In this document: in pieces, positions 14,314-26,798 of the stretch | Position numbering within the stretch: the first letter of the stretch is position 1 | Layout of the letters: each line of letters opens with the position of its first letter | NCBI GenBank assembly: GCA_951406725.2 | Contig: OX597815.1 | Span: 179,862,001 to 179,926,000, forward strand | Direction of reading: 5' to 3' | Length of the DNA stretch: 64,000 nt | Origin: Octopus vulgaris | Lineage: Eukaryota | The notes under the pieces: generated by a model | Database searches by the model: none | The model's input: only the letters and a program-made list of their open reading frames with translations | What the model was told of the DNA's origin: nothing | Made by a program: the position numbers and the translations under genes

Positions 14314-14545
14314 TATCTGTAAATGTAATATGTGACAATTATTCGGTAGCCAAGATAAAACTCCGAGTTTCGGATGCTGAGGTGGAAATCCATGCCACCA
14401 ACTCTTCAGTTATCCGGCCATCGGAAAAACTCAGGGTTTTATCTTGGCTACCGAATAATTGTCACATATTACATTTACAGATAAATTCCTCAATTTACAT
14501 AATATCGAGGTGTCTTTCTTTCTTTTGTTATCTTACCGCTTTTAT
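14314..14545. mobile_element. Second foldback family (G) with hammerhead-like motif, inserted in the (TA)n of a SINE
   Basis: Arms ~14314-14377 and ~14418-14483 are reverse complements. One-sided extension begins AATTCCTC. Confidence 0.75.
14347..14420 (-). ncRNA. Type I hammerhead ribozyme-like motif (family G)
   Basis: TGGCCGGATAA-CTGAAGA-G..GGTGG/CCACC..C-GAAA-CTCGGAG-TT-TTATCTTGGCTA. Stem I 11 bp with one bulge, near-palindromic stem III, imperfect stem II base. Confidence 0.55.
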
Positions 14546-14560
14546 CTATCTATCTATCTA

Positions 14561-14599
<39 letters not shown>

Positions 14600-15457
14600 G
14601 ATAAGCTTCTTTCAGTTTCCGTATAACATATCCAGTCACAGGGCTTTGGTTGGCTTGGAACCAGAGTAGAAAACCCCTGCCCAAGGTACCATGCAGTGGG
14701 AGTGAACCCAGGACCATATGGTTGGGAAGCCAGTCTAGGTACAGGTGTAGTTGTCTGGCAAGAAGTTTACTTTGCACCCACATGGTTCTGGGTTCAATCC
14801 CACTGCATGTCACCTTGGGTGAGTGCTTTCTACTATAGCCCCAGGCTGACCAAAGTCTTGTAAGCAGACTTTGGTTGACAGAAACTGTCAGCTTTTATGT
14901 AAACTATAATGTACCATCCTTCTTAAGGTTACAAATATTAAACAATTATAGAAATATATGTACCTCCCAATACCAACCAAAAAGTGTATTTCAAAACCCT
15001 CAAACTTTCAGATACCTATACACCCACCCATATGCAGGTGCCTATGTGCATATGGACCTAACATTCTTTTCTACTCTAGGCACAAAGCCTGAAAGTTTGG
15101 GGGAGGGGGTAGTCGATTAGATCGATCTCAGTACACAACTGGTACTTAACTTATCAACCCTGAAAGGATGAAAGGCAAAGTCAACCTCAGGGGAATTTGA
15201 ACTCAGAATGTAAAGTTGGATGAAATACTGCCAAGCATTTCGCCTGGCGTGTTAACGTTTCTGCCAGCTTCCCGCCTTTCATGGACCAAGCATTGAGATA
15301 TAAATGCCCATATATGTGCATATAATTACACACACGTGTGCACACACACACACACGCACAAAAATACATGCACACACACACACAAACACACATTCTCTCA
15401 TAGTCATACATCCATCGCTAATGAGAAATAAACAGATTTCCAATGAAAACATTTTTC

Positions 15458-15585
15458 CAGTTCTATATTTAAGAGATGAGGAATTATGTACATTATTTAC
15501 ATTTGATGAAGGCTGGAGGGTATATCAGCCGAAACATTGTATTAACAACAAACAAGATGAGGACAAATATCCGTCAAATGTAAAT
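15458..15585. mobile_element. Family F element, opposite orientation, collapsed
   Basis: Reverse-complement tail, then junction at TGATG into the hammerhead body. TSD AAAACATTTT (15446-55 / 15586-95). Confidence 0.8.
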
Positions 15586-16022
15586 AAAACATTTTGCTTC
15601 TAATTTATAGAAAAAAGTGTGTGTGTCATATTAAATTCCCAATGTGCATTTTCCATATACATCTGTTTGTCTATGCCTCAGTAGTTTTGTGTGTGTGTAT
15701 CTGTGTACCTTGGTCTACATGCAACATCTGCATGCTTCTCATACTTCCCAACCAGATCTTACAACCAACAACAACGAAATAATTCTTGCTATGCTCACCC
15801 CTTTAACTAATCCCTTCACCCAGCAACTCAGGGGCCAAACCAACTCCCCACAGTTGAAATATGACTCAAAACATTTTTCAGAGAATCACATTACTTCAAA
15901 TAGACAAAAATTGTTTCCAAAACCTTTCACAAATTGAAAGATGAAACTGAGAGTCACTGTTATTCTTCTGTGTTTTAGCCTAAAGACTGTGGCCATACTG
16001 GGGCATTTTCAATATGTTGGGC

Positions 16023-16588
16023 CTTTGAATGTTGAGCCTCAAAGAGGCAATGACAAAAGACTGAGACCTCTGGAGGTATGCTGTGATTGAGAAGGCCCCT
16101 GCAAATAAAGTGAGTCCACAGCTGTAACCTACACCAGTGTCGTATAACCAGCCCACTCAAAAGTACCTTGGATTGCAGAACGATCTGCTGTGCTTGAGGA
16201 GACCTCTTGAGTCAAGTACATCAACATCAACAGCAATATCAAAACCAAATCAAATGGAAATTGTAGTTGTGAGCCCCATGCCAGTAGCATGTAAAAAGCA
16301 CCATCCGAACATGGCCGATACCAATTCCGCTTTGATTGGCTTCTGTGCTGGTGACATGTAAAAAGCACCATCCAATTGTGGTCGATGCCAGCTTCTCTGC
16401 CGGTGGCATGTAAAAAGCACCCACTACACTCATGGAATGGTTGGCATTAGGAAGGGCATCCAGCTGTAAGAAATACTGCCAGATCAGATTGAAACCTGGT
16501 GCAGCCTCCTGGCCTCCCAGACCCCAGTCAGACTGTCCAACCCATGCCAGCATGGAAAATGGATGTTAAACAATGATGATGATGATGA
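16023..16588 (+). mobile_element. 3' end of RTE-like LINE (family C): ORF C-terminus remnant + repeat-bearing 3' UTR + (GAT)n tail
   Basis: L*MLSLKEAMTKD*DLWRYAVIEKA at 16023-16097 (CGA>TGA decay). Tail ...GGATGTTAAACAATGATGATGAT. Confidence 0.75.
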
Positions 16589-18081
16589 ATTAAAATTTAT
16601 GCTAACTACAGTATTGAACTCTCTTATTAATATGCATACACAGTATGCAAACCCACAGAACAGACTATTGGAATTGGTCTAAAACTAAATACAATAATGG
16701 CAAATTTCCAATCTTCAAATATTCTATTAACTCATCTCAAACTTTTATTAATTTGTAAACTTTGCACTTGAGTAGATTTTGCATCAGTCTTTGTCTTTGT
16801 TTCTTTATGTAAGTCTGGAAGAGTTGAAACACTGCATAATAATATGTTGCAGAATATTATACACATGAGACACAGTCGCTAACACATTGCAACAAAGCAC
16901 ACCAACAGTGCTGTTGTCTTTTTACATGGTGCACAAGGTTCTTGTGACCCATGCATGGCTTAAAAATCTATCTTCTTTAGATGCCAAAAATACCTTAGTT
17001 CTGTACAACCAGCAACCACATGACAAGAATAATCCACATTAAATATTGTTCATGTTTGACTGGCTTCTGTGTCAGTGGCACGTAAAAAGCACCAACCGAT
17101 CATGGCCACTGCCAACCTCCCCTGGCACCTGTGCTGGTGGCACGTAAAAAGCACCCACTACACTCATGGAGTGGTTGGCGTTAGGAAGGGCATCCAGGTG
17201 TAGAAACACTGCCAGATCAGACTGGAGCCTGGTGCAGCCTCCTGGCTTCCCAGACCCCGGTCAAACCGTCCACCTCCTGCTAGCACAGAAAATGGACGTT
17301 AAACGATGATGATAATGATATTGGTGTCACATAAAAAGCACCCAGAACATTCTGTAAAGTGGTTGGAATTAGGAAGGGCATCCAGCCATAGAAACCATGC
17401 TAAATAGACAAGAGAGCCTGGTGCATCCCCCCCGCCAGCCTTGCCAGCACCTGCCAAGCCATCCCACACATGCCAGCATAGAAAACAGATATTAAATTAT
17501 GATGATAGCTAGAATGATGCAACTGTCAGTGGTGAGCTGGCAGAAATGTAAGCACGCCGGGCAAAATGCTTAGTGGTATTTTTGTCTGCCGCTACGTTCT
17601 GAGTTCAAATTCTGCCAAGGTTGACTTAGCCTTTCATCCTTTCGTGGTCGATAAATTAAGTACCAGTTACGCACAAACAAGCACAGACTTGGCTATGTAA
17701 TAAGAAGTTTGCTTCCCAGCCACATGGTTCTGGGTTTAGTCCCACTGCATGGAACCTTGGGCAGGTGTCTTCTACTATAGCCTCAGGTTGACCAAAGCCT
17801 TGCAAGTGGATTTGGTAGACGGAAACTGAAAGAAGCCCATGTGTGTGTGTGTGTGTGTGTGTGTTTCTTTGTCCCCTACCACTGTTTGACCATCAGTGTT
17901 GGTTTGTTTACATTCCTATAACTTAGCAATTTGTTAAAAGTGACAAATAGAATAAATACCAGGCGTTCAAAAAAAAATGTATTGAAGCCAATTCATTCAA
18001 CCAAAAATTCTTTGTGGTGGTGCCCCAGCATGGCCACAATCTAATGTCAAAGAAATAAAAGATAAATCAAGCATGACCTGT

Positions 18082-18389
18082 TTTTTTGTTTGTTCCTTCT
18101 CAAGCCATGCCTGGCTCATAAGGGCCAGTTTCCTGGTTTCCTTGGCGTATAGGTTCCTCACCTGGACGGGACGCCGGTCCGTCGCAGGTGAGCTGCAAGA
18201 TGCAGGAGGAAAGAGTGAGAGAAAGTTGTGGCGAAAGAGTCAGCAGAAGTTTCACTATTACATTCTACCTGAGCCACGTGTAGCTTAGGTGTTTAGCTCA
18301 TAAACACACATATCGCCCGGTCTGTGATTCGAACACCCGATCCCTCGACCGTGAGTCCGCTGCTCTAACCACTAGGCCATGTGCCTCCA
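18082..18389 (-). mobile_element. SINE-D, tRNA-Arg-like head (resembles octopus OR-type SINEs)
   Basis: Head GGAGGCACATGGCCTAGTGGTTAGAGCAGCGGACTC..., box B GTTCGAATC. 14-bp TSD CAAGCATGACCTGT. Confidence 0.88.
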
Positions 18390-18584
18390 CAAGCATGACC
18401 TGTATCTGTGATGGGGTTGAGAGAGAGAGAGAGAATGAGTGCATCTTTGCTCTTTTCGGTTTGGCATGTTTGATAGCTATTTTCCATCGAGTGTCATGAA
18501 CCTGGAGATGAGCCAGTTTGATATCGGAATATGAGTTGTTTGTCAATGGTTGTATGTCTGAAGTATTGGATTAGTGACCAACTT

Positions 18585-18844
18585 TACATTATTTACATTT
18601 GACGGATATTTGTCCTCATCTTGTTCATTGTTAACACAATGTTTCAGCTAATATATAATAATAATAATAATAACATCGGAAAAATACCTTAGGAATGAGA
18701 ACCCAGGTTCAAAATTCCCTCAAAGAAACCTGATGAAGGCTGGAGGGTATGTCCGTCAAAACATGTTAACAACAAAGAAGATGAGGACAAATATCCGTCA
18801 AATGTAAACAATGTAAATAATTCCTCATCTCTCAAATATAGAAC
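18585..18844. mobile_element. Family F foldback element, asymmetric collapse
   Basis: Short antisense arm + sense arm + tail. TSD TAGTGACCAACTT (18572-84) / TAGTAACCAACTT (18845-57). Confidence 0.85.
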
Positions 18845-21800
18845 TAGTAACCAACTTGTTGTTCATTCAAATCTTGTTATAGTGAAACCAGTTCTTGGAT
18901 TTATAATCATTGGGAAAAGGAATAATTTTAAAAGACAAATTGTATTTCTTATCTTTGTAACTTCAACCAAATCTATATCACTGTTTACTTTCTTGTGGAT
19001 ATTAAGCCATTTTAACCTAATTATCGCTCCTTCATTTGGCGTTAGGAAGGGCATCCAGCTGTAGAAACACTGCCAGGTCAGACTGGAGCCTGGTGCAGCC
19101 TTCTGGCTTCCCAGATCCCCGGTTGAACCGTCCAACCCATGCTAGCATGGAGAATGGACGTTAAACGATGATGATGATGATTCTCTCTGCTAAAATCATA
19201 ATGAATATTGCTTTGTTGGGCATTTCTCTTTGGAAAATGTACACATTATTCTATAATATTATTCATAAATTACCTGTTGTCAGTAAACTAGATTCTGACA
19301 AGAAGAGTAATATACTTTGCGTGGACGCAGATGCTTACAGTGAAAATTTCAAATTAATGGCATCGAACAACTAGTTCGATATCTTAACTTCCTTGCCATT
19401 TTTATATACAAAGTAGGTTTTGACATTTGCAAATTATTATGTACAAAAAAATGAATGCTTCAGGGACTTTTTTTCAATAGCTTTGGTCTTGCTAATCTGA
19501 AAGAAATTATTTTAGCTAATTTATTTTTTATCTATCTCTCCAAAATGATCTTCGTTCCATTCAAATGTCAGTAGTTGAGCTAATTCTGCTGTAGAGATCT
19601 TGTGATAAAGATATAGGTTTTGTGCCTGCTACAAACAGCATTTTTTGCTCAAAGCATGTTTTTCTATTTGCTTTTGTTTCTGCTGAAAGCAATTGGTTTT
19701 CTTTTAAAATTCTGCAACAATAAAATGCACATACTCCCATATTTTCAGTGCAAACCAAGCTAAATGACAACAGATAAACAAAGAACAAACTACCAAGGGA
19801 ATGCTTGGGATTTGTCGCTTGAATTACAACATGTAGCAGCTCTTTCTCTCATGTAGCTTCTTACTGTCTTTAAAGTGAATGTCTGAATAAGAGAATAAAT
19901 AACGAACATCCTTTTATGATATTCAATCAATGATATTTCACTGGATATAATTAATCATAATTATCCCAGTTGATCATCTTGAATTTAAAAGCACAGAATT
20001 GTTGGTGCGTCAGACAAAATGCTTGGCAGCATTTCCTGTCTTTGCATTTTGAGTTCAAATTCTGCTGAGTTTCGACTTTGTCCTGTCTGGTACTTTATTT
20101 TGTTTGACTCTGAAAGGATGGGTCCTTTCAGAGTTGATAAAGTAAAGTACCAGTGAAGCACTGGTACTCTCTCCTTTCCAAAATTTCAGGCCTTGTGTCA
20201 TGTTCATCATCATCATCATCGTTTAACGTCTGTTTTCCGCGCTAGCACGGGTAGGATGGTTCGATCGGGGTCTGGGAAGCCAGGGGCTGCACCAGGCTCC
20301 AGTCTGATCTGGCAGTGTTTCTACAGCTGGATGCCCTTCCTAATGCCAACCACTCCGCGAGTGTAGTGGGTGCTTTTTACGTGCCACCTGCACAGGTGCC
20401 AGGGGGGTCTGGCTACGGCCACGATCGGTTGGTGCTTTTAACGTGCCACCGGCACGGAAGCCAGCCAAGGCAGCGCTGGCATCGGCAGCGGCTCTGGCAT
20501 CAGCCATGTTAGTAGGAAGAATTATTTAAGGAGAGCAAGGAGAGCAGTGGCATTCGTTTACTAGTACAATGGATTTGGTTTATTCAGCCTATGTAAGAAA
20601 CACAGGCAAAAGTGGAATATTTCAGAGGGTTGCATTTCTAAGGGAAGGAGTGAGAAAAGTGTTTAGACTGGGGTCTTAAGATGAGAGAGTAATGAGAAAA
20701 TGCTTCAAGTGGATTTTAAGCAGAATTGTCTATATACTGCCAAAGGGAATGATTCATTCAAGTTCTAGTAAATGGATCAATAAGATAATATAATATATTG
20801 GTGAATGTAATGTATTATGTGGTTGTAATAAGCTTCTAAGGGAATGTTTGTCTCTCAGTAGCATGGCCATTTTTGTAGTTGTTGTTTAGAAAGTTAGTGC
20901 GTCACGGCTGCTTCATTCTTATTTCTTTATTGCCCACAAGGGGCTAAAAATTGAAGGCACAAACAAGGACAGACAAAGGGATTAAGTCAATTACATCGAC
21001 CCCAGTATCTGGTACTTATTTAATCAACCCCGAAAGGATGAAAGGCAAAGTCGACCTTGGCGGAATTTGAACTCGGAACGTAGCAGCAGACGAAATACCA
21101 ATTTCTTTACTACCCACAAGAGGCTAAACACAGAGAGGACAAACAAGGACAGAGAAATGGATTAAGTCGATGACATTGACCCCCAGTGTGTAACTGGTAC
21201 TTAATTTATCGACCCTGAAGGGATGAAAGGCAAAGTTGACCTCGGTGGAATTTGAACTCAGAATGCAACGGCAGACGAGATACAGCTACGCATTTCGCCC
21301 GGTGTGCTAATGTTTCTGCCAGCTCCCCGCCTTACCACACAACCATACCTACACACATATATATATATATAAGAACTTACTGTGGACAAGGCTGCGTGGC
21401 ATTCAATTATAAATAAATAAAAAGTACACATTAAGTACAGGACATCACCAATGAGTGAAAAATATGTAAATGCATGAGATTAGTCAAGGACAAAATACCA
21501 AACAAAGTCTAACCCCTCTTCAGTTGTGAACTGCTTTATTACTCTCTATTTCATGCTTTCAACGACAAGCTAGGAAAACTTCGTAAAACAGCAGCATCCA
21601 GAAATTTTTAAGAGATAAAATTTGTGGAGACTTAGGGCTTCGAACGAACAAGCAACAACAGAGCAGACGTACAGAGTAAACAATTGATGAAGACAAACAT
21701 TCAGGGCCGTTAGGCTAAGACGAACTGTAATGGGTGATGCCTGGGAGGAATTTCGAAAGGATATAGAATAAATAGAAAAGAAAAAATGTCGAGAGGTGAG

Positions 21801-23070
21801 GGAAATGGTATCCAGCTCGTTGTCACATTCAGAAAAGACAGAATATATATATATAAATACAAATATATAAATAAATAAATATATATATATATGCAAACAT
21901 ATCCACTTAAAAGTTATTATGCAACCCAATGCTATAACAGTTGATGCAAATATTTGTGAAGCAAGTTTTTCAACTGCACAGCCATGCCTCTGCCCATGAC
22001 GAATTCTCTGAAATGTTTCAACTTTGGAAGAACTGTACAGGAACCTAAACAAATTCTTAAGAAGCTGAAAACAACTTAGGATATCATCTGGTTTAAACAA
22101 GGATTCTATGTGTAGTATTATTCTAAGATGCTCCCAGATGTATCTTGCTAATTTACTGTTTTAGTTGTTTCAAGAAGTGGAGGCTGACCAAAATCTGGAT
22201 GATTGTGGCCCATCTGAGAAACGAACCCCAAAAGATGGTTTGACTGCTGCAGTAAGGTTTGCTAGCATTCTTGCAGTCATGTCTGCAAGGCACAGTTAAA
22301 CACACCATCTGTTGTGGGGGTAACAACTCATTACTCTACCCATTATCTTCTGCTGCTTAATTCTCCACCCCGCCGTTTTTTTTTCTTTCTCTCTATTTTC
22401 GGGGTGAGGTAGTTAAGGGTCTTTTCTCAATAATTTGGTCCTCTATACTTTTTTTGTTTTTTTCCTTTTCTTTTCTTCCCATGAAAAGATGTAAATAAAA
22501 ACAAAGCCTAAATATAAAAAAGAAAATAATCAAAATTCACAAAACGAATCAGTTTGCTAAGCCAAAGGGTCAACGCTTCATATATTTTCACTTAAACAAG
22601 TTTGTATCTAAGACTCAGCCACCTCTTATCTTTTGATGGCAAAACGTGCTAAGCTTAGTGAACTAATTACATATTCTTTGGTAAACGAGCTACACCTTTG
22701 AATTAAAACAAATCGGATGATTTGATCCTCAAACATCTTTTGCATCAATTTTAGTGGCTTTGGTGGTTAAATTGATAACCAAGAAGACAAGGTACTGCAA
22801 GAGCAATTCAGAATTTCCAGGTTTATACATACACAAGGTTTTCAAGAAGCTGTGTCTCAGTTTACAGTTTATTTAAGAGTCTATTATAGATATTAGGAGT
22901 TAGGAGAATGTGACCATGATGGAATGGTATCTTTCTTTCATCCACCTACTTTAAACTAAAAAATTGGAGCTAAGCTTCAAAGATTTCAAGCTATTTCAAA
23001 CACTTTAATGATTTGAATTAATTTGCATTTGTTCTATGGCATTCATCTTTTTCAATTTTAAACTTAGATA

Positions 23071-23465
23071 AGGTGCAGGAGTGGCTGTGTGGTAAGTAGC
23101 TTGCTTACCAACCACATGGTTCTGGGTTCATTCCTACTGCATGGCACCTTGGGCAAGTGTCTTCTACTATAACCTCAGGCCGACCAAAGCCTTGTGAGTG
23201 GATTTGGTAGATGGAAACTGCAAGAAGCCTGTCGTATATATGTGTGTCTGTGTGTGTGTGTATGTCTCTGTTTGTCCTCCGAACATCGCTTGACAACTGA
23301 TGGTGGTGTGCTTACGTCCCCTAACTTAGCGGTTCAGCAAAAGAGACTGATAGAATAAGTACTAGGCTTACAAAGAATAAGTCCTGTGGTCGATTTGCTC
23401 GACTAAAGGCAGTGCTCCAGCATGGCCGCAGTCAAATGACTGAAACAAGTAACAGAGTAAAAGAG
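23071..23465 (+). mobile_element. SINE-A (tRNA-derived head, CORE-like CCTTGGGCAAG segment, central microsatellite, tail GACTGAAACAAGTAAAAGA), full length
   Basis: Box A TGGCTGTGTGG, box B GGTTCATTCC. More than 15 homologous copies in the window. Confidence 0.9.
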
Positions 23466-23842
23466 ATATATTTTGGCCAAAGATTGACCATAGCCATGTT
23501 TAAATTAATAGCACCACCTGATAGGGTCTGTCAAGTCATTTTAAAGACAAGTCTTGTGGTGCCATGGCCCATTCAAATAAGGACTTGTTGTTGACTGAGA
23601 TGTATTTGAGTATATGTGGCTTGAAAAGAATTCTAAAACTTTATTCAGTAGCAATCACAGGCCCAGGAACAGGGAGTGAAAGTGCATTCCCTAAAACTCT
23701 TTGGACATTCTGGGTTGGACCTAAATTTGCATTCCGTAAGCAATTTTATTCCCACACATATGGTAACAATGTATTACTTTAAATTTGTTTCAAACCAAAA
23801 ACAATTAAAAAAAAAATAAAGAAACAGGTTTCTTTTCCTCAC

Positions 23843-23920
23843 CTTATCCATTATTTCAAATATTTTATTTACACGTTTCTCCGGCGTGTTTTCTTCCTCT
23901 GGTAATTTTACCATGTTTCC
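23843..23920 (-). CDS. NCS1: NCS-1 coding exon, 78 nt: GNMVKLPEEENTPEKRVNKIFEIMDK
   Basis: LPEEENTPEKRV signature. Acceptor TTTTGCAG, donor GTGAG. Phase 0/0. Visible in ORF 23774..23962. Confidence 0.97.
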
Positions 23921-24150
23921 CTGCAAAATGGATCCATAGAATATTAAATGTTCTCTTGTCATTATACTATTGTCAGCTGAAACTTATTTCAAAGCAATAA
24001 TATTCAATTTAATCTCAATTAAACAAAACATTCATCTGCATAATCTTTCACTACCAGTTGTTATTGATGTTGGCAAATTAATTGCTTCTCACAAATTGTG
24101 GTTATTTATAATTTTTTATCACTTAAGACCTTCAATTGTACTCTAAATTT

Positions 24151-24634
24151 GCACATTATTTACATTTGATAGATATTTGTCCTCATCTTGTTTGTTGTTA
24201 ACACAACGTTTTGGCTGATATACCCTCCAGCCTTCTTCAGGGGTCTTGGGGAAAATTTCGAACCTCAGTTCTCATTCCTAAGGTATTTTTCGATAACTCG
24301 GAATCTTGGGGTTAGTAGCCTGCACTCTTAACTACTACGCCATATGCCTGTCGGCATATATGGTGTAGTGGTTAAGAGCACAGGCTACTAACCCCAAGAT
24401 TCTGAGTCTGATTCCAAGCAGTGACCTGAATAATAATAATAATGATAATAATAACAACAACATTGAAAAATACCTTAGGAATGAGAACCCAGGTTCAAAA
24501 TTTCCCCAAGACACCTGATGAAGGCTGGAGGGTATATATCAGCCGAAACACTGTGTTAACAACAAACAAGATGAGGACAAATATCCATCAAATGTAAATA
24601 ATGTGAATAATTCCTCATTTCTTAAATATAGAAC
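24151..24634. mobile_element. Foldback retroelement (family F): head-to-head inverted dimer of tRNA-like head + hammerhead-bearing body, with one-sided tail
   Basis: Arms 24152-24348 and 24353-24605 are reverse complements. Box A TGGTGTAGTGG at 24361. Hammerhead-like core 24510-24557. Tail ATAATTCCTCATTTCTTAAATATAGAAC. Flanks TGTACTCTAAATTT / TGTACTGTCTAAATTT resemble a TSD. Confidence 0.85.
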
Positions 24635-25560
24635 TGTACTGTCTAAATTTTCAGTTCTTAACATCATCATCATCATTTAATGTCTGACTTCCTTGCTGGT
24701 AATGAGTTAGACAGTTTGACATGAGCTAAGCAAACCAAAAAGTGCACCAGGTTCCATGGTCTGTTCTGGAATGGTTTCTATGGCTGGGTGCTCTTCCTAA
24801 CGACAACCACTTCACAGAGTGTACAGGTGCTCTGTGTGTGTGGCACCAGCACTGGTGCTTTTTACATGGCACCAACACCAGCAGGGTTGCAAAGTAATTT
24901 GCGAAATGAAGACATCCCTGCTGGGAGAGGGAGTGGAAAGAAGGGTGGTGACTTTGTGCCAGTTGAGAGGTTAATTTATAATAGAAGGATAATGAAAGGT
25001 GTCTTATTATAAGGGAAGATATTTGGTTATTCCAGTAGAAAGAAAGACAGAAAGGAAAGAGTTAAAGAGAGAGAAAGAGAGTAGAATAGTGATGGGGGAG
25101 GGGTGTAAGTGGTACAGAGAGGATAGAGGTAATATTCCATAAGAGTGTAAGGAGAGATGCTTAGAGATGTAACAAGTGATGGTGATGGAAATTGGAATGG
25201 CCAGAAATGGGGGAGTGATAGATATTTGGATATCTCTTACTTTAAAAGTTTGCTAACCAATTACTTGGCACAAGGCCGTATAGACACTAATTAGCAGGAA
25301 GGCTGATTAAACTAAACTGATAAGATTCTCATTTGCTTACAATCAACTTGTATGAGTATAACTATGAGTACTTCAAGTACTCCCACGTAGCATAAAAAAA
25401 CAGCCTTGAATGGGGCTCCGATAGCAACTTCAAATACATTATCTTGTAATAATTCATTCTTATATTATACATCTTGATCGTTATCTTTTCTGACAACTTC
25501 AATAAACCAAAATGACAGAGTTAAAGCGAGCAAATAAAACATTCAGAAAAGGTAACATAC

Positions 25561-25649
25561 CACCATCTTGTAGATAGCATCTACAATATCTAGAAGTTCC
25601 TCCCGCGTTATGAAGCCATCACTGTCAAGATCATAAAGACGGAAAGCCC
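25561..25649 (-). CDS. NCS1: NCS-1 coding exon, 89 nt: (W)[29 protein letters not shown] (EF3)
   Basis: Canonical EF3 loop [12 protein letters not shown]. Acceptor TTTACAG, donor GTATGT. GG completes the split Trp codon. Visible in ORF 25543..25746. Confidence 0.97.
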
Positions 25650-26472
25650 CTGTAAATATAATAATAGAACTTTTTAATATGATAGGCATAAGAGAAGAGC
25701 TGTTTAATAAATACACACTTGACGATAAAAATAGCAAGAACATCAATGCTCTGAATATTTATTTAAATTCAGTTTACTTACAGATTTGTTTTATTTATAT
25801 AGATATTTTTTTTTTATTGGAAATAAGTATTTTAAGTTTGGGAACTAAAACTTATTTTATTTTCCTCAGCTATTTTGGTTGATATTATATGATAAAGAAG
25901 CTAGAAGCCATTCTAAGATGCCTTCCAGCAAGTATTTTTTTATTAACAAATGTAACTTTTCTAGTTATTGGCATATTAAATTTATGATTAAACATGAATA
26001 AAGAGGAAGGAATTCGAGTGATTTTGTGCTAATGTTCATGTTTTTACGTGTGTGTGTGTGTGTGTGTATGGTTTTATATTTTTTTAACATCCATTTTTTA
26101 CATTCTCGCTTGGGTCAGACAGAATTTGTAAAGGCAGATTTTCTAAGGCTGGATGCCCTTTCAGTAACGAACCTTCATCTGCTTCCAAATAAGGTCATAT
26201 TTCCCCAGGTCCAGACATGTTTTCACAAAAGATTGGAAATGAGGGACACTGATTGTATGACGGTGAGGCTCATTTACGACAATCAGGCAAAACCAAGCTA
26301 AGGAGACTGAAACATATACACACACACACACATGCATTTTTATATAAATACACACACACACATAATAATAATAATTTGAGGGAATATTATTCATAACTTA
26401 CAGGGAAAAATTCAATTTAGAAATACTAAATCAAATTTCACAAAATATAATATATATATATATATATATATG

Positions 26473-26762
26473 AAAAAAACCCACCTTTTATCAATTCAAA
26501 ATGAATAATTAACTTACACCATCTAGAAAATTACATATAATAGAAATATAAAAAATAAGATAACAATAATATACCGATGATGAAGTAAATTGCAAAACTA
26601 ATAAAAATATATACCAAATATATACGTTTTTATAATTATTTTGCAATTTACTTAATCATCGGTATATTATTGTTATTTTATTTTTTATATTTCTATTATA
26701 TGTAATTTTCTAGATGCTGTAATTTAATTGTTCATTTTGAATTGATAAAAGGTGTTTTTTTT
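26473..26762. repeat. AT-rich foldback, ~135-bp arms, flanked by (TA)n
   Basis: CACCTTTTATCAATTCAAAATGAA ... TTCATTTTGAATTGATAAAAGGTG. Confidence 0.88.
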
Positions 26763-26765
26763 CTC

Positions 26766-26798
<33 letters not shown>

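Noticed and set aside
21570-22100. Longest ORF in the track (176 aa)
   Set aside because: Spans a TA microsatellite and repeat fragments. No domain or splice support.
24353-24426. Functional tRNA gene (also the SINE-D/E heads)
   Set aside because: Acceptor and T stems are degenerate, and the sequence is always fused to a repeat body.
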